A stretch of DNA of 58,734 nucleotides from a virus. Lineage: Duplodnaviria; Caudoviricetes. Made by a program: the position numbers and the translations under genes. Below, piece by piece: positions 54,673 to 58,734 of this stretch (position 1 is its first letter; each line of letters begins with the position of its first letter). A model generated the notes under the pieces. That model was not told where the DNA came from. It ran no database searches and worked only from the letters and a program-made list of their open reading frames with translations. The stretch spans positions 1-58,734 of the IMG/VR virus record IMGVR_UViG_3300005526_000001, one strand, 5' to 3'.

Positions 54673-54701
54673 ACCCTACCACAGCCGGGGCCGAAAGTCA
54701 A
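54673..54701 (-). promoter_or_regulatory. Sigma70-type promoter whose -35 lies in an inverted repeat
   Basis: TTGACT-N17-TAGGGT with TGTG; AGCCGGGGC/GCCCCGGCT arms. Confidence 0.7.
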
Positions 54702-54745
54702 GCCCCGGCTTTGCCTATAAGACTGTACTAGACGGTTTGTCGTGT

Positions 54746-54958
54746 TTATCTTTCATGTTGGAGAATCTCTATTAGACGGCCGAGATTCTTTTCCTTGAGA
54801 ATTCCTCTGGAATTGAGAATTTCGATTTCTTCGAGAATCGCCCTTATCAGTTCGTAGTCGTAGCTATCACCGTAGTAGCCATCTATGATCCCATCTAGTC
54901 TATCTACTAAAGTAGCCAGCTTACTCTTCCTTCCCGAATATCTGTTTAAACCACCCAT
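54746..54958 (-). CDS. Hypothetical protein
   Basis: Fills the gap after the helicase; start uncertain. Confidence 0.55.
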   Translation of the reverse strand: MGGLNRYSGRKSKLATLVDRLDGIIDGYYGDSYDYELIRAILEEIEILNSRGILKEKNLGRLIEILQHER

Positions 54959-56726
54959 GCTTCACATCATTGACTCGCTCGACATATTGATCGGTTGTGT
55001 TGATTGCGTTGATGTGGATAACGACTGGCTGACCCTTCTGACCTGGCCGTCTAATCCTGCCGATACCCTGGTTGTTATCTTTCGGACTCCACGATCTATC
55101 CAAGAACACTACATGCCTAGCTGGGGTTAGATTAATGGATTCTCCACCAAGCTGTAGAGTGGACATAAACACCCGGTGTTGCATCTTCGGGAATGTCTTG
55201 AACCATTTTTCGTACCTTACGAGATCGCTATCCCCAACATCGAGATGAATGTATGGCATCTCCCAGTCAGTTCCTGCTGCGATCTCATTGTGCTTATCTA
55301 GTCTGGCTTTCAGAAGCTCTAGTGGGTCCTTAAAGCACGAAAAGACGACGAGCGGTTCCTTATGCTCGTCGTCCCATTGTAGACCCTCTAGGATTTCCAT
55401 GACCTTATCGAGCTTAGAACTCGGTTCGGTCAAGCGGATCTTTTGTATCCTACGACCCAACGCTGCATCGTAGTAATCCGCAGTTACCTCTGGTGTGCCT
55501 ACGCAGATTTGTCGCAGACGTTGCAATAGAGATAGAACATTCGCTGCGTGTAGCTCGACACCATTCTTATCGAGTGCAGCAAGCTCCATCTTAATTGCGT
55601 TGTACATCCTACGCTGCTCCTTATTAAGCTCTACCTCTTCTGGCTTGAAGATGGGGAACTTAATGTCGGGCAGGACTTCATCAAGCGTTCTGCGAACTCC
55701 GATACTTCTAACGACTTGTCTGAACTCGTCACGCTTTTCGGGTTTACACCCTACGATTTTAGCGTAACCATCCGAGTCGTCAACTTCACAGAACTCTTCA
55801 CGGAAGTTCCAGTACGAACCGTACTTTTTCTTGTCCAACCAATTCAACAGTGACCAAATCTCGTCTGGTCTATTGATGAATCCGGTTCCTGTGCTTCCGT
55901 GCCGGCCAACACGCGATTTGACCTTCTTAATGTTGACCGTCCAACGTGCCTTACGATCTTTGAGTCTGTGGAACTCGTCACACCAAACAAAGTCCCACTC
56001 TCTCGCGATTATGTAGTCTGCTTGGAGTGGTGGCTTGAACTTAAAGCCACCCTTCTCATCCTTGATCGGATTACCCTCTTCATCAATCTCCACCTTGCCA
56101 AAGTTACTGCGAGAGAAGATATCGTAGTGAGCAAGACAGACTACAGGAAACGCGAACTCTTCCGGCACGAACTTTAGCTTGTCCGGCGGAAGCTTCAACA
56201 TGAAGCCATTCTTATACAACGAGATACTCTGTGTCTCGATGTTAAGAATCTGGAAGTCCGGCAGAATCTCAGGTACAGCTTCTAGGAATGTACCCTTACC
56301 GCCCTTCGATGTGATTATCAGTACAGAAGGATTCTTGAACTTTTGCATCTCAGCTAGCTTACGTTCAAGATACCACAACCCTGTGCTGGTCTTATAACAA
56401 CCCATCTCCGACCAGTTTGCAGTTCCATTCGTAGGTGGTGGCAGCTCTCCTACAAGCTGAGATTCTCTCGTACCGTTGTACCTCAGAAGGTGGAAGATAT
56501 CGTAATCCTGCCAACCCTCTCTTACGAACTTACGCTTGTAGCCTTGGAAGATTTCATCATCTTCCGTCCATTCCCCGTTCCCGTTAAGTTCCTGCACAGG
56601 CGGGGGGACACTGTTTGCCATTCTCTCTAAGAGCCAGTCTTTATGCTCTTCTGGCGACAATACTTCTGGTTCTGAGGTTTGAGGCTTACCAAACAAAGCC
56701 TCGTATTCGTTTCGATTCATTGCCAT
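54921..56726 (-). CDS. SNF2-family helicase
   Basis: EMGCYKT, DEFH, TGT..IN...IWSLL, LRQIC, GESINL, WSP....QGIGRIRRPGQ. Confidence 0.9.
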   Translation of the reverse strand: MAMNRNEYEALFGKPQTSEPEVLSPEEHKDWLLERMANSVPPPVQELNGNGEWTEDDEIFQGYKRKFVREGWQDYDIFHLLRYNGTRESQLVGELPPPTNGTANWSEMGCYKTSTGLWYLERKLAEMQKFKNPSVLIITSKGGKGTFLEAVPEILPDFQILNIETQSISLYKNGFMLKLPPDKLKFVPEEFAFPVVCLAHYDIFSRSNFGKVEIDEEGNPIKDEKGGFKFKPPLQADYIIAREWDFVWCDEFHRLKDRKARWTVNIKKVKSRVGRHGSTGTGFINRPDEIWSLLNWLDKKKYGSYWNFREEFCEVDDSDGYAKIVGCKPEKRDEFRQVVRSIGVRRTLDEVLPDIKFPIFKPEEVELNKEQRRMYNAIKMELAALDKNGVELHAANVLSLLQRLRQICVGTPEVTADYYDAALGRRIQKIRLTEPSSKLDKVMEILEGLQWDDEHKEPLVVFSCFKDPLELLKARLDKHNEIAAGTDWEMPYIHLDVGDSDLVRYEKWFKTFPKMQHRVFMSTLQLGGESINLTPARHVVFLDRSWSPKDNNQGIGRIRRPGQKGQPVVIHINAINTTDQYVERVNDVKHGWFKQIFGKEE

Positions 56727-57214
56727 TTAATACCTCTACTTGATACGAGTTGTACCGAGATCGAGATGGTCATCGCCCTGTGCAATGACTCTTCGTGTGA
56801 CCTACGTTTAACATTCTTGTGATACTTGTATGCATTTCCAGCTTTGATACATGCTGTTGTCTTAGTACAAAATAAGTCTACGCCTTGAGCCCCTCCTTTA
56901 ATAGGTTCATGACAAGAATTGCAAATAGGTCGATTATTTATCCGAACAAATCTTCGCGCTTTACTGGCTTTGATCCCATATATAGCCATGATGCGCTCAA
57001 CCTCGTCGGCATAACGAGTGAGCCATTTAAGTTCTTTGCATCGGCTACATAGACCATTAGCAGAAACGCGGTTACAAATTCTGCAAGTAGTTGGTGCGCC
57101 AGTGTGATCCGCGGTACAACTGGCGCACCAACCTGTGTCGTCGCTTAATGCGACAACGTAAGAGCCGCAGTTAGGGCATACTTCCATGCCCGTTATCTTT
57201 TGCTGTCTCAGCAA
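56717..57214 (-). CDS. Multi-Zn-finger protein
   Basis: Five CxxC plus CxxxxxC. Confidence 0.75.
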   Translation of the reverse strand: MLRQQKITGMEVCPNCGSYVVALSDDTGWCASCTADHTGAPTTCRICNRVSANGLCSRCKELKWLTRYADEVERIMAIYGIKASKARRFVRINNRPICNSCHEPIKGGAQGVDLFCTKTTACIKAGNAYKYHKNVKRRSHEESLHRAMTISISVQLVSSRGIKWQ

Positions 57215-57368
57215 TTACGCGGGCACGCAGTTTGGAAGTAGTGTTGCTGATGTTCAGTTCCAACCTTTCGCGCAATTCCTGTTCATCCATCACACGAATG
57301 GGAAACTCTTCGTGTGTTTGAACATCACAAGCGAATCCCTTAACTAGAGGATCGCTCATATATTTCAC
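57171..57368 (-). CDS. Hypothetical protein
   Basis: Overlap-coupled; start uncertain. Confidence 0.55.
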   Translation of the reverse strand: MKYMSDPLVKGFACDVQTHEEFPIRVMDEQELRERLELNISNTTSKLRARVIAETAKDNGHGSMP

Positions 57369-57579
57369 GATTGATCAGAACGGTTTCACCATTTATGTTC
57401 TCTATACGTACTGGACAATCAAGACCGTTCGCGGTATACAGGGTTTCAGCGGCTCTCCATAGTTGCGGTTTTGTGAACGTTGAAATCATGCCAGCTTCTT
57501 TACTTTCCATGAAGTACTTGATTTCATCTTGCGGGGTTATTGCCTTAGTAGGGCTTGCAAGCCCAGGGGGACCAGTCAT
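57340..57579 (-). CDS. Hypothetical protein, weak paralogue of 10166..10525 and the junction gene
   Basis: EIKYFMES...VRIENINGETVLIN; start uncertain. Confidence 0.6.
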   Translation of the reverse strand: MTGPPGLASPTKAITPQDEIKYFMESKEAGMISTFTKPQLWRAAETLYTANGLDCPVRIENINGETVLINREIYERSSS

Positions 57580-57877
57580 ATCCAGATGCTCGGAAGTATC
57601 TGTATGCTGCTCTTGACTGTCCCCATGCATCCCATGAGTGTCCGTAGGTTTTTCTTTCATGGTCCCCCATTTGAAATAGACCGAGGTACTGACCATTTGA
57701 AGCCCAAATACTATAACCACTTTCACAACCAGCTACAGCTAACGCTTGACTACAGTACCTACCAAATACGGTACATATGGCGTGTTTCGTACTGCTGACT
57801 GATGCCTCTCCTACACTTGCTGCTATAAGAGCTGCTAACACAAATGCAGCAACAGATATAGACAGTAGCCGAAGGAT
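57545..57877 (-). CDS. Secreted Rpf/lysozyme-like transglycosylase, probable ATC start
   Basis: VAGCESG, NGQYLGLFQM, WSPWAC; AGGAGGTGA SD followed by in-frame ATC giving a full signal peptide. Confidence 0.8.
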   Translation of the reverse strand: MLRLLSISVAAFVLAALIAASVGEASVSSTKHAICTVFGRYCSQALAVAGCESGYSIWASNGQYLGLFQMGDHERKTYGHSWDAWGQSRAAYRYFRASGYDWSPWACKPY

Positions 57878-57897
57878 ACATCACCTCCTAATTAGTT

Positions 57898-57987
57898 TTA
57901 CCCCCATCCATTGAAGTAAGCAAGTACTACAAATATGGCAATAACAACCATCGCCACTTCGCCTATCGTGGGGTTACGATAGTTCAT
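57898..57987 (-). CDS. Membrane micro-protein (29 aa, not in ORF track)
   Basis: AGGAG RBS; MNYRNPTIGEVAMVVIAIFVVLAYFNGWG. Confidence 0.65.
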   Translation of the reverse strand: MNYRNPTIGEVAMVVIAIFVVLAYFNGWG

Positions 57988-58000
57988 ATCTTAGCTCCTA

Positions 58001-58053
58001 AAAAGGGTCGGGAGAGGGAGTACCATAACCGCGAAAAGGTACTCCCTGCTCCC
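58001..58053 (-). terminator. Strong hairpin (terminator or attenuator)
   Basis: GGGAGCAGGGAGTACC/GGTACTCCCTCTCCC then GACCCTTTT. Confidence 0.55.
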
Positions 58054-58120
58054 TGAGTGCGCGCAGCACTTTCCTTGTAAATGCGCTTATCCACTGTACC
58101 ACGGTTTTGTCCGAGGCGAC

Positions 58121-58149
58121 AGCCTAGCACAAATTCCGCCCCATGTCAA
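58121..58149 (-). promoter_or_regulatory. Sigma70-type promoter
   Basis: TTGACA-N17-TAGGCT with TGTG extended -10. Confidence 0.75.
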
Positions 58150-58182
58150 GTAATTTCTGACGTATTAGGTACTCTTGTACTA

Positions 58183-58377
58183 CTAACCGTTTTGATGCGA
58201 CAACGTGTTACTGTCGGCGCGAGGCGGCATAAGCGTTATAACGTTCTTGCGCCAGCACCACACGTTGTTAACTACCGTGGGTTCGTATCCAAGCAAGAAC
58301 TGAGCTTCGACCCAATCGTGGCCGTACTCCGTTATCTCGCTCTGTACGAACTCTCTGTATGTTGTGATGAGTCTCAT
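58183..58377 (-). CDS. Hypothetical protein
   Basis: 64 aa; start codon lies within a hairpin stem. Confidence 0.55.
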   Translation of the reverse strand: MRLITTYREFVQSEITEYGHDWVEAQFLLGYEPTVVNNVWCWRKNVITLMPPRADSNTLSHQNG

Positions 58378-58441
58378 ACTACAGCCACCGCTTAGGTAGC
58401 TGTAGTATGAGAGCGGGTGTTACCCCGCTCTCACGTTATTG

Positions 58442-58734
58442 CTACGCAGTTGCCTGCGTTGCAACCTCAGGCTCGTCCTCAACCTCTTCACCCATACCGG
58501 AAGTGTCACCAGTGTACTTCGCGGTATTGATGAGGAACACATGACCCTCACGCTCCGGCTTACCGTCTGCATCAACAACCGGCGTACCGTCGTCATTCGT
58601 GCGATCAGTGTTGACCCACTTGAGAAGTACCTTCACGTCACGGCCACCGGGAACACTCGGCGTACCGTCGTCCAGCATCTTCTTGCGAGCCATGTTGAAG
58701 CCCTGTGCTACGTTCTTCGGATCTTTCCCTGCGA
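58442..58734 (-). CDS. 3' part of the junction-spanning 144-aa protein, acidic tail
   Basis: In frame with 1..182 across the 40-nt overlap. Confidence 0.9.
   Translation of the reverse strand, partial: AGKDPKNVAQGFNMARKKMLDDGTPSVPGGRDVKVLLKWVNTDRTNDDGTPVVDADGKPEREGHVFLINTAKYTGDTSGMGEEVEDEPEVATQATA
58695..58734. repeat. Terminal direct repeat copy 2
   Basis: Identical to 1-40. Confidence 0.97.

Overview
The window is an apparently complete, circularly permuted siphovirus-type phage genome. The last 40 nt (58695-58734) repeat nt 1-40 and an ORF reads through the join, giving a unit length of about 58,694 bp. I saw no integrase, so it looks virulent. Layout: (1) a leftward early region of many small genes (about 1-10.5 kb, continuing from 57-58.7 kb), separated by long intergenic RNA hairpins; (2) a rightward late region (10.9-42.1 kb) with a probable small terminase, an unusual ~10 kb block of modular fibre/appendage genes placed before the large terminase, a Mu-like head module, a non-contractile tail (with a -1 frameshifting chaperone), a CHAP endolysin and membrane proteins; (3) a leftward replication region (42.2-57 kb) with a tRNA(CAU) that looks like Ile2, a RuvC-like resolvase, a UDG-like::family A DNA polymerase, a primase-helicase, DUF669/AAA_24/PD-(D/E)XK recombination genes, a SNF2 helicase and an Rpf-like transglycosylase. 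An actinobacterial host is inferred (Rpf-like protein, ReqiPepy6-gp37-like tail protein, lysis cassette), not shown. Best novelty candidates: the modular fibre system with its 46-aa linker mini-protein; several structured non-coding elements (41.6 kb, 43.55-43.7 kb, 50.1 kb, and a 29-bp duplex enclosing a whole early gene); and a polymerase with non-canonical catalytic motifs. All family assignments come from motif recognition by eye, not database searches.
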